DNA from: Promethearchaeota archaeon
Lineage (GTDB): Archaea; Asgardarchaeota; Lokiarchaeia; Sigyniarchaeales; SOKP01
Assembly: GCA_048941265.1 (NCBI GenBank)
Contig: JBHLNT010000006.1
Coordinates: 6,987-70,986, forward strand
Length of the DNA stretch: 64,000 bases
Direction of reading: 5' to 3'
Shown: in pieces, positions 10,151 through 19,817 of the stretch
Numbering within the stretch: position 1 is the first letter of the stretch
Layout of the letters: every line of letters starts with the position of its first letter
Made by a program: the position numbers and the translations under genes
Notes under the pieces: model-generated
What the model saw: the letters and a program-made list of their open reading frames with translations, nothing else
Databases searched by the model: none
Told to the model about the DNA's origin: nothing

Positions 10151-11617
10151 TTAATATTTACCTAATAAATCATGTGGTCTTGCCTCTGTTTGTCCTATGG
10201 CAGAAATTACTCCCATTTTAGCATTTCTCATTTTTCGGAGATTTTGAGCTCCTGCATATATCATTCCATTAGCTAAACCTTCTTTTAGTGTTTCTAACAT
10301 GCTTTCCAAAGGTCCCGTAAAGGGTACATGATCAGAAACACCCTCAGGAAGCATTTTTGCTTCTATGCTATATCTATCTAATACATAATTAGTAGTTCGC
10401 GCTTCTTTCGAACCCATACCTCTATAAATCTTTACTTTTCTTCCTTGTATTGTGTCTAAGTACCCAGGGCTTTCAGTCGTACCTGCAAAGAAATGTCCTG
10501 ACATAATCATATCGGCTCCAACTGCGAAAGCTTTTGGTAGATCTCCTGGATTTTTGAAGCCTCCATCTGCAATTAAACCCATCTCTGGGTTATAATCGGC
10601 TATAGCATCTGCAACTTCAGCAGTAGCAAATAATGTAGGAGCTCCTACACCAGTTTGGATAGAAGTTGTACATATAGATCCAGAGCCCATTCCAGCTTTC
10701 AATGCGATAACCTTATCAGGATAATCACATTTAGTTAAAATATATTCGGCCGCTTCATAGGTTCCAATATTACCGATCACGAAATCAGCTTCCAATAAAT
10801 CCATTAATTTTCTTGTTCCTTCAATATCATCTTTTTTATAAAAATCTGCTACATCTATAAAAAATAGATCCGTAAATTGGTCAATTTCCTTAAGTTTTGA
10901 GATAGCCTCATGAGTGGTGGGACATTTAGGGCTAATTGCCAACGCACATAACAAACGTCCCTCTTCGTCGATTGAAGCTAAAGGAAATTCTGGTTTTAAA
11001 TCCTTTTTAGTAATTAATCCTTTTAAACTCCCATTATCTATAATTGGTAATTTTTCAATTCTATGCCTAAAGAGCATTTCTAAAGCCTCTTCACGGGACG
11101 CTCCCGGTTTGATTGAAACCACATCTTTAGTCATAAAATCTTTTACGAGTCCCTTTTTGATTTCATCTTCTGAAAAAGGGATATCTCTTTTTGTAAAAAT
11201 TCCACATACTTTATTTCCGTCATCAACCACTACAAGCCCATTTATACTGTAAGTTTCCATAAAATTTTTTGCTTTATAGACAGATTCTTCAGGTGAAATC
11301 GTCGCAACATCTTCTATAACAAAAGATCGTGCTCTTTTTACATGGCGCACCATTTTTAATTGCTTTTCATAAGAACAGTTTCGATGTAAAACGCCTAGAC
11401 CTCCAAACAAGGCCATTTTAATTGCCATTTCTTCTTCTGTGACGGTGTCCATTGCTGCTGACATTATAGGTAAATTAAATTTATATTTATCTCCCAAAAT
11501 TGTGGAAATATCAACTTGGTTTGGCTCAAAGTTTGTATATCCCGGGAGGATAAGAACATCATCAAAAGTCGTTATTAACTCGTTTGTATGGGCTTTTTTA
11601 CGAAAGTGATCTGTCAT
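10151..11617 (-). CDS. guaB: IMP dehydrogenase
   Basis: TIM-barrel IMPDH with an inserted CBS pair, the catalytic loop GMGSGSICTT, and the C-terminal GGxxxxGDxxKA-like segment (DGGFKNPGDLPKAFA). Confidence 0.9.
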   Translation of the reverse strand: MTDHFRKKAHTNELITTFDDVLILPGYTNFEPNQVDISTILGDKYKFNLPIMSAAMDTVTEEEMAIKMALFGGLGVLHRNCSYEKQLKMVRHVKRARSFVIEDVATISPEESVYKAKNFMETYSINGLVVVDDGNKVCGIFTKRDIPFSEDEIKKGLVKDFMTKDVVSIKPGASREEALEMLFRHRIEKLPIIDNGSLKGLITKKDLKPEFPLASIDEEGRLLCALAISPKCPTTHEAISKLKEIDQFTDLFFIDVADFYKKDDIEGTRKLMDLLEADFVIGNIGTYEAAEYILTKCDYPDKVIALKAGMGSGSICTTSIQTGVGAPTLFATAEVADAIADYNPEMGLIADGGFKNPGDLPKAFAVGADMIMSGHFFAGTTESPGYLDTIQGRKVKIYRGMGSKEARTTNYVLDRYSIEAKMLPEGVSDHVPFTGPLESMLETLKEGLANGMIYAGAQNLRKMRNAKMGVISAIGQTEARPHDLLGKY

Positions 11618-11805
11618 TTTTAATTCACTAATTTGTAATATAATCTTGAGTATTAATTATAAAGATAATGCTAGGTTATAAATCTTTATCACTAAATAGA
11701 ATATAAAAAGGAGAACTCTCATCATAATTTTCTCATTTTTATTAATATTTTGATAAAATTTAATTAGAGAAAATGAGAGCTTAATCTTCTTAGTCGATCA
11801 AAAGT

Positions 11806-12969
11806 CTACATAATTCTTGTAGTGATTTCAATCCCTCTTTTTGCTAATTCCTCAATAAAGTAATCTCCAGGTATGGCTAATTCTACTGGGATAGCTCCCT
11901 TTTGGATTTTTCCTTGAGCCATCATAATTGCAACAATTGAGGCATCCCAGCCAGTAGTTCTTTCCATGGCAGTAAATCCTGTGCTCTCATCGTAATAATC
12001 AATTAATTCTAAAAGTACTTCTGCATCCTTTCCATCTTTTTTTCCTAAGCATTTTATTCTAATAACTACTAAATCTTTATTTCCAGGCACTACGACTTTA
12101 GGTTCTAAGAGAGTATGGAGTATCTTTCGGGGTATAACCTCTTGATCATCAATTAATAGAGGATTTAAATCAAATAAACCTAGATCATACCAGGCTCTTA
12201 ATTGTGCAAAATGCCCCGGATATCGAACTGTCTTATTTTGGTATGTGATAAGCTTTCCCTCAAATGTCCAGGGTGCTGTTGAAGTGCCTCCTCCTGTTGT
12301 AAAAGCTTCTAAGCGACCTATAGGAGGAGTAAAATCTATTGTTTCTAATTCTTCTAATGGTTGAATCTCAATAAGCTTGCCATCTCTTAAAAATATTGTG
12401 GGTTCTGCATACTCATTTGTCAAGCCCTCGATATTAAATGTCAAAAGATAATTAAAAGGAGGACGAGGATTCTGAGGTAAGCCTCCATCCCATATAAAAA
12501 CCTCTCGTGGTTTATCTAATAGACTCATCGCATACACACATAATGTAGTTCCCATACCAGGTACTTGTCCACAGTCAGGAACAATGCTTATACCAACTTC
12601 TTTAGCATAAGTATTGAGTTTTAATTGTTCTTTAACCAAGTCTGTATTGCCTCCAAGGTCACACATATTTGCTTTTGCTTCTATTGCTGCTTTCGCAATA
12701 TCCAAATTATAATAGTAAGGGACAGAACTTAGAAATGAATCTACTCCAGTTAAAAAATCGACTAAAGAGGAATGATCTTTTACATCAATTTGCTTGGCTT
12801 TCGCTATTTTTTTATTGAGAATGCTATTAACTCTATTAGCGGCTTTTTCCGAATTTACAATAGAAATATCACCAATTAGAACCTTTTCCGCATTTCCCCG
12901 TTTCGCCATATCGTAAGCGGCAGCCGTTCCTTGCCTGCCAGCACCAATAACTGCATAAATATAACCCAT
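11806..12969 (-). CDS. Saccharopine dehydrogenase-family NAD(P) oxidoreductase
   Basis: N-terminal Rossmann motif VIGAGRQG. Length and C-terminal pattern are typical of Sacchrp_dh proteins. Confidence 0.6.
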   Translation of the reverse strand: MGYIYAVIGAGRQGTAAAYDMAKRGNAEKVLIGDISIVNSEKAANRVNSILNKKIAKAKQIDVKDHSSLVDFLTGVDSFLSSVPYYYNLDIAKAAIEAKANMCDLGGNTDLVKEQLKLNTYAKEVGISIVPDCGQVPGMGTTLCVYAMSLLDKPREVFIWDGGLPQNPRPPFNYLLTFNIEGLTNEYAEPTIFLRDGKLIEIQPLEELETIDFTPPIGRLEAFTTGGGTSTAPWTFEGKLITYQNKTVRYPGHFAQLRAWYDLGLFDLNPLLIDDQEVIPRKILHTLLEPKVVVPGNKDLVVIRIKCLGKKDGKDAEVLLELIDYYDESTGFTAMERTTGWDASIVAIMMAQGKIQKGAIPVELAIPGDYFIEELAKRGIEITTRIM

Positions 12970-13042
12970 ATCTTATCCCAACTTAATAAATTTAATTAAT
13001 ATATGTTATTTAAATTATGCTTTAATTTTAAGGAATTAAAAA

Positions 13043-13954
13043 TCACATTCGGGTTAAATTTTTTCTTGACATGTTCTGAATTCTTGGATTATTAATGAAT
13101 GCATCCAAGGTTTTAATGAATTTCTCTCTATCTTCTTTAATATTAGATGATTCTATAGCACAATAGTTAGACACGTGATCGTTAAAAACCTGCGAAGTGA
13201 CATTATTTCCTAACTTTGCAATAATCTCTCTTTCTTCTTTTAGATTATCCACTGGTCTTAATAATTCAAATTCACCAGCCTTCCATTCTTTCCATAAAGG
13301 TGTATTAGGCATAATATTTAGAGTTCGGAATCGAAAGATAGTTGGATTAATCTCCGTCAGGACTCTTGCCGTCTCTTTGACATGCTCTTCAGAAAATTTG
13401 TAACTACCAAGACCGAGAATAATATATAAACTTAATTTAATTCCAGCATTTAGTATTTTTTTGCCTGCTTTTATCATGGATTCCGCATTTGTACCTTTTT
13501 TCATAATTCTTAAAATTTTACTAGAACCGCTTTCTAAACCCATGTAAACTATATCTAAACCAGCGTCGGCTAAGTTTTTTAATTCTTCCTTTGTTTTTCT
13601 TAAAATATCTAAAGCTTTAGCATAACAACTAATTCGAGGTACATTTCTAAGTTTAATCCTCACATATTTAATAATTTGAATTAAATAATCTGTCGGTGCT
13701 GATGTCGGGTTTCCTCCCGCTAAAAAAACCGGAAATCCATGATAATTCATGTCAGCATATCTATCAATATCACTCAATACATCTTCTAAAGGTCTTATAG
13801 CATAATCTTGGCCTCCACCATAAATACCCTTATAAGTTCCGCAAAATCTACATTGGTTCCATGAACAGCCACCTGTAACCGCAATTAAAACTGAATAGGC
13901 TTCGACCGGTGGTCGAATAATTATTTGTTCTGGAGGGAGTTTATTGCTTATCAA
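13043..13954 (-). CDS. Radical SAM domain protein (paralog of 22209-23126)
   Basis: RPPVEAYSVLIAVTGGCSWNQCRFCGTY contains the Cys triad, here with Cx4Cx2C spacing. GGNP and later TIM-barrel-like segments are also present. Confidence 0.7.
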   Translation of the reverse strand: MISNKLPPEQIIIRPPVEAYSVLIAVTGGCSWNQCRFCGTYKGIYGGGQDYAIRPLEDVLSDIDRYADMNYHGFPVFLAGGNPTSAPTDYLIQIIKYVRIKLRNVPRISCYAKALDILRKTKEELKNLADAGLDIVYMGLESGSSKILRIMKKGTNAESMIKAGKKILNAGIKLSLYIILGLGSYKFSEEHVKETARVLTEINPTIFRFRTLNIMPNTPLWKEWKAGEFELLRPVDNLKEEREIIAKLGNNVTSQVFNDHVSNYCAIESSNIKEDREKFIKTLDAFINNPRIQNMSRKNLTRM

Positions 13955-14150
13955 TTTCTACTCAAACTTTTATTATTAATAAAATAAAATCAAAAAAAGT
14001 GCTTTTATCTATAATATTTAATATAATTCCCTAATTTAGATTTTTACCTTATAAAATAATATCGTTTTCGATTATTTTTTTTGTCAAGCACAATTTATAT
14101 TTTTATAAAAAAAATTTTTACCTCGAGTATTATTTAGGTCTTATGTAAGT

Positions 14151-14744
14151 ATGATTATTCCGGAAGAAAATATTAGTTATGCTTTTAAGATTGTGTTAAT
14201 AGGCGCTCCGGGAGTAGGAAAAACTTGTTTATTTAACAGGTATTGTTTTAATTCATTTGATCTGAATACTAAAATGACTTTGGGAATAAGTTTTCATTCT
14301 ACCTACTTAAGGATCAAGTTTCTAAAAATTCAAAGTAAAAATGAATTATATGCAGTTAATTCTATTTTCGACTTTGGAGGTCAAGAACGTTTTAGACCCA
14401 TGATACCAAAATTTTTAGAGGGTGCGAACGGGGCATTACTTGTTTTTGATTTAGTTAATTTTTCGTCATTTCAGCAATTAGAATATTGGTATAATATGCT
14501 AATTAGCCATACTGGAAGCTTAAATATACCAATTTTATTAATTGGGAGTAAAAGTGATTTATTGGATAAAACACCTGAAGCAGAATTAATTAGTGATGAA
14601 CATATAATGGATTTTGTCAAATCGAAAGAATTGGATGGATATTACAAAACAAGTGCGTTAGAGAATTATAATATTTTAGAAGTATTTAAAACCTTAACTA
14701 ATTTAATGTTAAAAATTCATAATTCTGGGGCAGTTGTAATATAA
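14151..14744 (+). CDS. Ras/Rab-like small GTPase
   Basis: G1 is GAPGVGKT, G3 is DFGGQERF, G4 is GSKSDL (an NKxD variant), and G5 is TSAL. Confidence 0.85.
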   Translation: MIIPEENISYAFKIVLIGAPGVGKTCLFNRYCFNSFDLNTKMTLGISFHSTYLRIKFLKIQSKNELYAVNSIFDFGGQERFRPMIPKFLEGANGALLVFDLVNFSSFQQLEYWYNMLISHTGSLNIPILLIGSKSDLLDKTPEAELISDEHIMDFVKSKELDGYYKTSALENYNILEVFKTLTNLMLKIHNSGAVVI

Positions 14745-14765
14745 AAAGATTAAGAGGTCTTTTCC

Positions 14766-15845
14766 TCAAACCCCACGTAAATAGATGAAATCGCTGAATT
14801 CATTAAAAAATTCCTTTTGCTCTCTATTAAGGTCGGGATAAATATCTCGTAAAAATTCTTTGGCTTCCTGTACTAAATTTTTACTAAAATGCTCTGCTAT
14901 TATAATAGCATTGGTTTCAGCAAAAATTTTCATAACTTCATTAAGATCGCTTTTGGTTAGTTCCGGTTTTCTATATATTTCATTTAAGATTCTTGATTGG
15001 TCCTCATCTGTATTTTGTACAGCTAAAATATAGATAAATTTTTTCTTTCTGTCTTTTATATCATTCTCTATATCGAGAATATCATCACGTATAGCATGAG
15101 CCTGACCTATTCTTAACATGGCTTCAGATAAAGGTTTTATCTGGTAATGTATATTTCCTCTTGCTAAAATAGCTCCAATTTTAGTAGATTTTTCTAAAAC
15201 TCTTGCCCTTTGCATTTCAGCAATGGACAGATATTGTTCTAAAGTCATTGTAATATTATGATATTCCATATATTCTTCAATAATCATACCTTTCATTAAA
15301 TAATCCATTGCTTCAGAATACTCATTTATTGCTAATAGTTTTTGTTGATCCGGGAATTTAGAAGATCGAATTATGTCCAATCCAGTAATATAACCAAGAG
15401 AGCCTCCAAGAATACTTAAATCCCGTCCATATAGTTTAGTTAGTTTTTCCTTATCAGACATATCAAATGCTTTATAGACTTTATTAATTTCATTCTGCAA
15501 TTGTTTATGGAAAGCTGGTTCTCCCCTTCTCATATCATCATTATCTATTAAATCATCATGAATTAAATGCCCGCTGTGAAGAAACTCTACTGCTATAGCC
15601 ACTTTTCTTATTTCCCTTACATTTTCTTCTAAATACATTGGATTAATAATGCCATTAAACGCAGCAACTAAAAGAATAGGATGGATACGTTTAGCTTTGC
15701 TTTTTTCTGGTATAATGAAATTTTTCATTTGATTATTGAAATCGGCAAAAAGGAGCTCTTTTTCTTTTTTATTAAGTTTATCAAAAAATTTTTCTAATTC
15801 TAAATTAATCGCTTCTCTTTCAGAGTTAAAGAATTCTTCAATCAT
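14766..15845 (-). CDS. Polyprenyl (geranylgeranyl-type) diphosphate synthase
   Basis: The first Asp-rich motif is HDDLIDNDDMRRG and the second is RDDILD. Confidence 0.8.
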   Translation of the reverse strand: MIEEFFNSEREAINLELEKFFDKLNKKEKELLFADFNNQMKNFIIPEKSKAKRIHPILLVAAFNGIINPMYLEENVREIRKVAIAVEFLHSGHLIHDDLIDNDDMRRGEPAFHKQLQNEINKVYKAFDMSDKEKLTKLYGRDLSILGGSLGYITGLDIIRSSKFPDQQKLLAINEYSEAMDYLMKGMIIEEYMEYHNITMTLEQYLSIAEMQRARVLEKSTKIGAILARGNIHYQIKPLSEAMLRIGQAHAIRDDILDIENDIKDRKKKFIYILAVQNTDEDQSRILNEIYRKPELTKSDLNEVMKIFAETNAIIIAEHFSKNLVQEAKEFLRDIYPDLNREQKEFFNEFSDFIYLRGV

Positions 15846-15973
15846 CTAAAACCATCCAGTTTTGTTAAAACCAATAATTTAATTAAATAAATATTATAAT
15901 TATTTATCTTTTTTTTGTAAAAGTAAATTTTAATTATTGAACCATCTTAATCTAATTCATTAAAATAAAAATA

Positions 15974-16492
15974 ATGATTAAAAAAATGAAGTTAGCAGTT
16001 ATTTCAGACACACACGATCATAAGGACAATATTTTAAAAGCAGTTTCCATAATGAACGAAAGAAATGTTGATGCTTTAATACACTGTGGCGATTATGTAG
16101 CCCCTTTTGTAAAGAGATGGTTTGATGGATTAAAAACCAACATAAAAAAGAATTTTTATGGAGTTTGGGGCAATAATGATGGAGAAAGAGTGTTTTTAAT
16201 GCAAAATCTTGGACAGATCTGCAATATAGTAGGGATGGAAATTAATAATGATTTTGATGGCAGAAGAGTTTTTGCAGCTCATATGCCAACACAGGAAACT
16301 ATAGACGCTTTAGCAAATTCCAAGAAATATGACATAATATTATCAGGTCATACCCATGCTGTAGTAAATAAAAAGTATGAAAACGGAGTTTTAGTCATAA
16401 ATCCCGGAGAAGCATGTGGATATTTATCTGGAAAGGCAACTTTTGCTATTATCGATACAGATAAAATGATAGCTGAAATAATAGAACTATAA
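15974..16492 (+). CDS. MJ0936/YfcE-family metallophosphoesterase
   Basis: ISDTHD, HCGDYV, GNNDGE and SGHTH match the MJ0936 layout closely. Confidence 0.85.
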   Translation: MIKKMKLAVISDTHDHKDNILKAVSIMNERNVDALIHCGDYVAPFVKRWFDGLKTNIKKNFYGVWGNNDGERVFLMQNLGQICNIVGMEINNDFDGRRVFAAHMPTQETIDALANSKKYDIILSGHTHAVVNKKYENGVLVINPGEACGYLSGKATFAIIDTDKMIAEIIEL

Positions 16493-16763
16493 GAATTTTT
16501 TTTATAACATCTTTTTTTTATTTTTTTAAATTTATAAAAATTCTTTAGACCACTGTTAGGTAACATCAGTGATTATTCAAGTGGTAAAATATTTTGTGAA
16601 AAAACATAAGCATTGGCAATGAAATTGAAATTGGAAGAAGATATTCAAGTCCAACAAGAAAATCTAGAATATATCAATCGAAAATTAGACAAACAGGCTT
16701 AGTTTATTGAATTAAAAACATATAAATAAAAATCTTTATTTTTAGCATTTTATTCTAATTATT

Positions 16764-17981
16764 ATGAGTTTACCATTAGAGAATATTACAGTTTTAGATC
16801 TAACAAGAATGCTACCAGGACCTTATTGTACAATGATTTTAGGAGATTTAGGAGCAAATATCATCCGCGTAGAAGATCCTAAATATCCATATGCAAATCC
16901 TCCTCCTTTCTTTCAAAAAGGAAGATATCGCGAGAGCGCATTCAATTCTATCATTATGAGAAACAAAAAATCTATAACTCTTAATCTAAAAAAAGAGAAA
17001 GCTAGAGAAATTTTCTACGAATTGGTAAAACAAGCGGATGTAGTTTTAGATACATTTCGTCCAAAAGTTACAAATAAATTAAAAATAGATTATGATACTC
17101 TTTCTTCAATAAATCCATCAATTATTTGTTGTTCTTTGACCGGATATGGTCAAAATGGCCCCTATGAACAAATAGCGGGACATGATTTAAATTATATTGG
17201 AATTTGTGGAATTCTGGATTTAAATAGAGAAAGAACCAAATTTGGTATGGAAAATCAAGAAAGACCACCAATAGTTCCAGGCATTCAAGCGGCAGATATT
17301 GGAGGAGGATTAGTTACAACAATTGGTATTCTTGGTGCGCTTATGGAAAGGGAGAAAAATCCCGAAAAAAGAGGGCAATATTTAGACATTTCAATGACAG
17401 ATTGTGTTTTTTCTTTTATGCCAATGGCAGCAGCATTTCATATTAGTAAAAATTTAAATGATGGAGATATAAAACCTTTAAACCCCTTACATGGTGAGCT
17501 TCCACTATATTCCGTTTTTAAAACAAAAGATAATAAATATTTATCTGTCGGAGCAATAGAATTAAAGTTTCGGCGTGAAGTATTTAAGGGTATAGGGCGC
17601 GATGATTTAATTCCTAAAGGAAATCCTATAGATGAGGAGAAGGAGTATGTATATCAGGAAATGCAGAAAGAATTTCTAAAGAAAACTCAAGAAGAATGGA
17701 TGAAGATTTTCATAAATTTAGATGCATGTGTTATGCCAATTCATTCTTTTGAAAAGGCATGTGAAGATCCTCAAATTAAGGCACGTAACATGGTTGTTAA
17801 AATAAAACATCCAAAATTCGGTGAAGTTCAAAATATAGCTTCTCCTATTAAAATGTCGAGAACACCACTTACAATTAGAACTTTAGCTCCAAAAGTAGGA
17901 CAACACACTAAGGAAATTTTAGCAAATCTCAACTATTCTGCAGAAGATTACAGAGATTTTAGAAGAAAGGGGATAATTTAA
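16764..17981 (+). CDS. Family III CoA-transferase (CaiB/BaiF; racemase-like)
   Basis: The N-terminus LENITVLDLTRMLPGPYCTMILGDLGANIIRVEDP is the family signature. Confidence 0.85.
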   Translation: MSLPLENITVLDLTRMLPGPYCTMILGDLGANIIRVEDPKYPYANPPPFFQKGRYRESAFNSIIMRNKKSITLNLKKEKAREIFYELVKQADVVLDTFRPKVTNKLKIDYDTLSSINPSIICCSLTGYGQNGPYEQIAGHDLNYIGICGILDLNRERTKFGMENQERPPIVPGIQAADIGGGLVTTIGILGALMEREKNPEKRGQYLDISMTDCVFSFMPMAAAFHISKNLNDGDIKPLNPLHGELPLYSVFKTKDNKYLSVGAIELKFRREVFKGIGRDDLIPKGNPIDEEKEYVYQEMQKEFLKKTQEEWMKIFINLDACVMPIHSFEKACEDPQIKARNMVVKIKHPKFGEVQNIASPIKMSRTPLTIRTLAPKVGQHTKEILANLNYSAEDYRDFRRKGII

Positions 17982-18009
17982 AATAAAGATACATCTTAGC
18001 AAATAAAAA

Positions 18010-19158
18010 ATGAATAATATAGTAGGAATAATAAAATCAACTATTGAAGAATGTTCTTTTATAAAAATAAAGGAACTTCTTGAAATAATCAATTATAAAC
18101 CTAAAAAGAATAAATTATTTTTAAAGCCAAATCTTGTAACAGATGAATCTGGTGAATCCGGTGTAATTACTCATCCAAAAGTTATTGAGTCAGTTTGCGA
18201 TTATTTTTTAAATTTAGGTTATGATAATATCGTTATAGGAGAAGGTTCGGCGTTTTTTTATAAACCTCATCATTGGGAATATATACTAAAATCATGCAAT
18301 TATGAGTATTTAAAAAAAAAGCCAGAAATAAAAATATTAAACTTAGAAGAAAAAAATATCGAAAGAGAAAATTATCATTGGAAATATGGAAAATTAAAAC
18401 TTCCAAAAATTATCAAGACGCATGAATATATAAACATCCCAACAATGAAAACTCATTATCAAACCCAGGTTTCACTAGGATGTAAAAATCAAAAGGGATT
18501 ATTATTAATAAAAGATAAAAGAATGTTCCATAAAAAAAATCTAAATGATTATATTTTAGAACTAAATAAAATATTGAGACCTGACTTAACAATTATGGAT
18601 GCTATATATTGTATTGAAGGTAATGGACCAGCAAAAAATCCTATGAGTTATAGTTTAGAACTGAACTTATTATTAGCATCCACGAATACTATTGCACTAG
18701 ATAATGCTTGCTGTGAAATAATGGGTTTTGATATTGAAAAAATTCCTTATATTCCAAAAGTTAAGTTTCGATCCAAAGGAGTTGCAATTGAAAAGGTTAA
18801 AAGAAGTTTTAAGCAACCTACTTGGATAACTTATTTTGATAATATCGGCCGATATATGGCAGAAAAAGCATGTTCTGGTTGTCAGATTGCACATTCTCAG
18901 ATGATGCGAAAAATTAATTTTAACGAAGAATTAAATAAGAAATTGGATAATTTAAAGAATAGGTATCAAAATATTTATTTAGTTTATGGCGAAAATCCAG
19001 ATCTGAACGAAATCTCTCTAGTTGATGATATTAAAATCATGTGTCTTGGAAATTGCGTTAAAAAATTTGCAAAAAAGAATAATTTTCCGTGGATAGCAGG
19101 ATGTCCACCAGATTATCATAAAATGATAGCATTTCTTTTAGAAGAAGTAATGCAATAA
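18010..19158 (+). CDS. DUF362-like protein
   Basis: FLKPNLV...HP.V pattern with a Cys-rich C-terminal part (CSGCQ...CLGNC...GCPP). Tentative. Confidence 0.45.
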   Translation: MNNIVGIIKSTIEECSFIKIKELLEIINYKPKKNKLFLKPNLVTDESGESGVITHPKVIESVCDYFLNLGYDNIVIGEGSAFFYKPHHWEYILKSCNYEYLKKKPEIKILNLEEKNIERENYHWKYGKLKLPKIIKTHEYINIPTMKTHYQTQVSLGCKNQKGLLLIKDKRMFHKKNLNDYILELNKILRPDLTIMDAIYCIEGNGPAKNPMSYSLELNLLLASTNTIALDNACCEIMGFDIEKIPYIPKVKFRSKGVAIEKVKRSFKQPTWITYFDNIGRYMAEKACSGCQIAHSQMMRKINFNEELNKKLDNLKNRYQNIYLVYGENPDLNEISLVDDIKIMCLGNCVKKFAKKNNFPWIAGCPPDYHKMIAFLLEEVMQ

Positions 19159-19183
19159 CAAATTAATTTTATTTTTAGGGATA

Positions 19184-19720
19184 ATGGGAGTGATATTATT
19201 TTCAATGGAGAATGAAATCAAAAAATTAAAGGAAATAGTCGAATCTAATCCAAATAATATTAATGCTTGGATTAATCTGGCTCAAGTCTATTATAATAAT
19301 GGTGATATAGATAAATCTATAGATTCTTTTAAAGTAGCTCTTGAAATTGAACCTAAAAATGCTCTTATAATGCAAAATCTTGGTTATCTATACAACGAAA
19401 AAGGTGAATATGTTGAAGCGATATTAATTTTGAAAAAAGCTTTGGAAATTGACCCAAATTTATCTATTGCATCAACAGAACTTAGTTTCTCTTATCTTGA
19501 AATAGGTGATTTTGAAAACACTATAAAAACTTGTAAAAATGCTTTGAAAATTAATCCTAAAGATGAAGTGGCATGGACAAATTTAGGATCTGCTTACTAT
19601 AATCAGAAAAATTATGATAAAGCAATCGAAGCATTGAAAAAAGCTTTAAATATTATTCCTAATTTAGAGTTTGCACAAAAGGTTTTAGACTTAGCAGAAA
19701 AAGCTAAAAAAGAAAATTAG
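19184..19720 (+). CDS. TPR-repeat protein
   Basis: Five consecutive 34-aa TPR-like units (AWINLAQVYYNNGDIDKSIDSFKVALEIEPKN and others). Confidence 0.85.
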   Translation: MGVILFSMENEIKKLKEIVESNPNNINAWINLAQVYYNNGDIDKSIDSFKVALEIEPKNALIMQNLGYLYNEKGEYVEAILILKKALEIDPNLSIASTELSFSYLEIGDFENTIKTCKNALKINPKDEVAWTNLGSAYYNQKNYDKAIEALKKALNIIPNLEFAQKVLDLAEKAKKEN

Positions 19721-19817
19721 AGATTGTAAGTTTAAAAACATTTATTTAAGAATTCTATTATATAATTCTAAATAACACTAAATTTTCTAATTAAAAATAT
19801 TATTCCATTTTTTTAAG

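Noticed and set aside
10914-11252. Antisense ORFs within well-supported genes (also 853-1035, 1063-1263, 6626-6838, 13197-13403, 16348-16566, 18697-18894, 21688-21924, 23916-24215, 24651-25004, 28019-28219, 29357-29638, 29774-29962, 31084-31338, 31966-32169, 34546-34728, 36013-36225, 36482-36727, 37154-37348, 39394-39660, 40326-40511, 41441-41821, 44111-44359, 44139-44327, 46879-47118, 47149-47352, 49379-49579, 50901-51149, 51641-51889, 58860-59279)
   Set aside because: All overlap genes with clear family motifs, on the opposite strand or in another frame, and have low-complexity products. They are typical shadow ORFs.
16619-16702. 27-codon ATG ORF (MKLKLEEDIQVQQENLEYINRKLDKQA) in the 16493-16763 spacer
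   Set aside because: It is too short and compositionally ordinary for this AT-rich genome to support a call without conservation or expression data.
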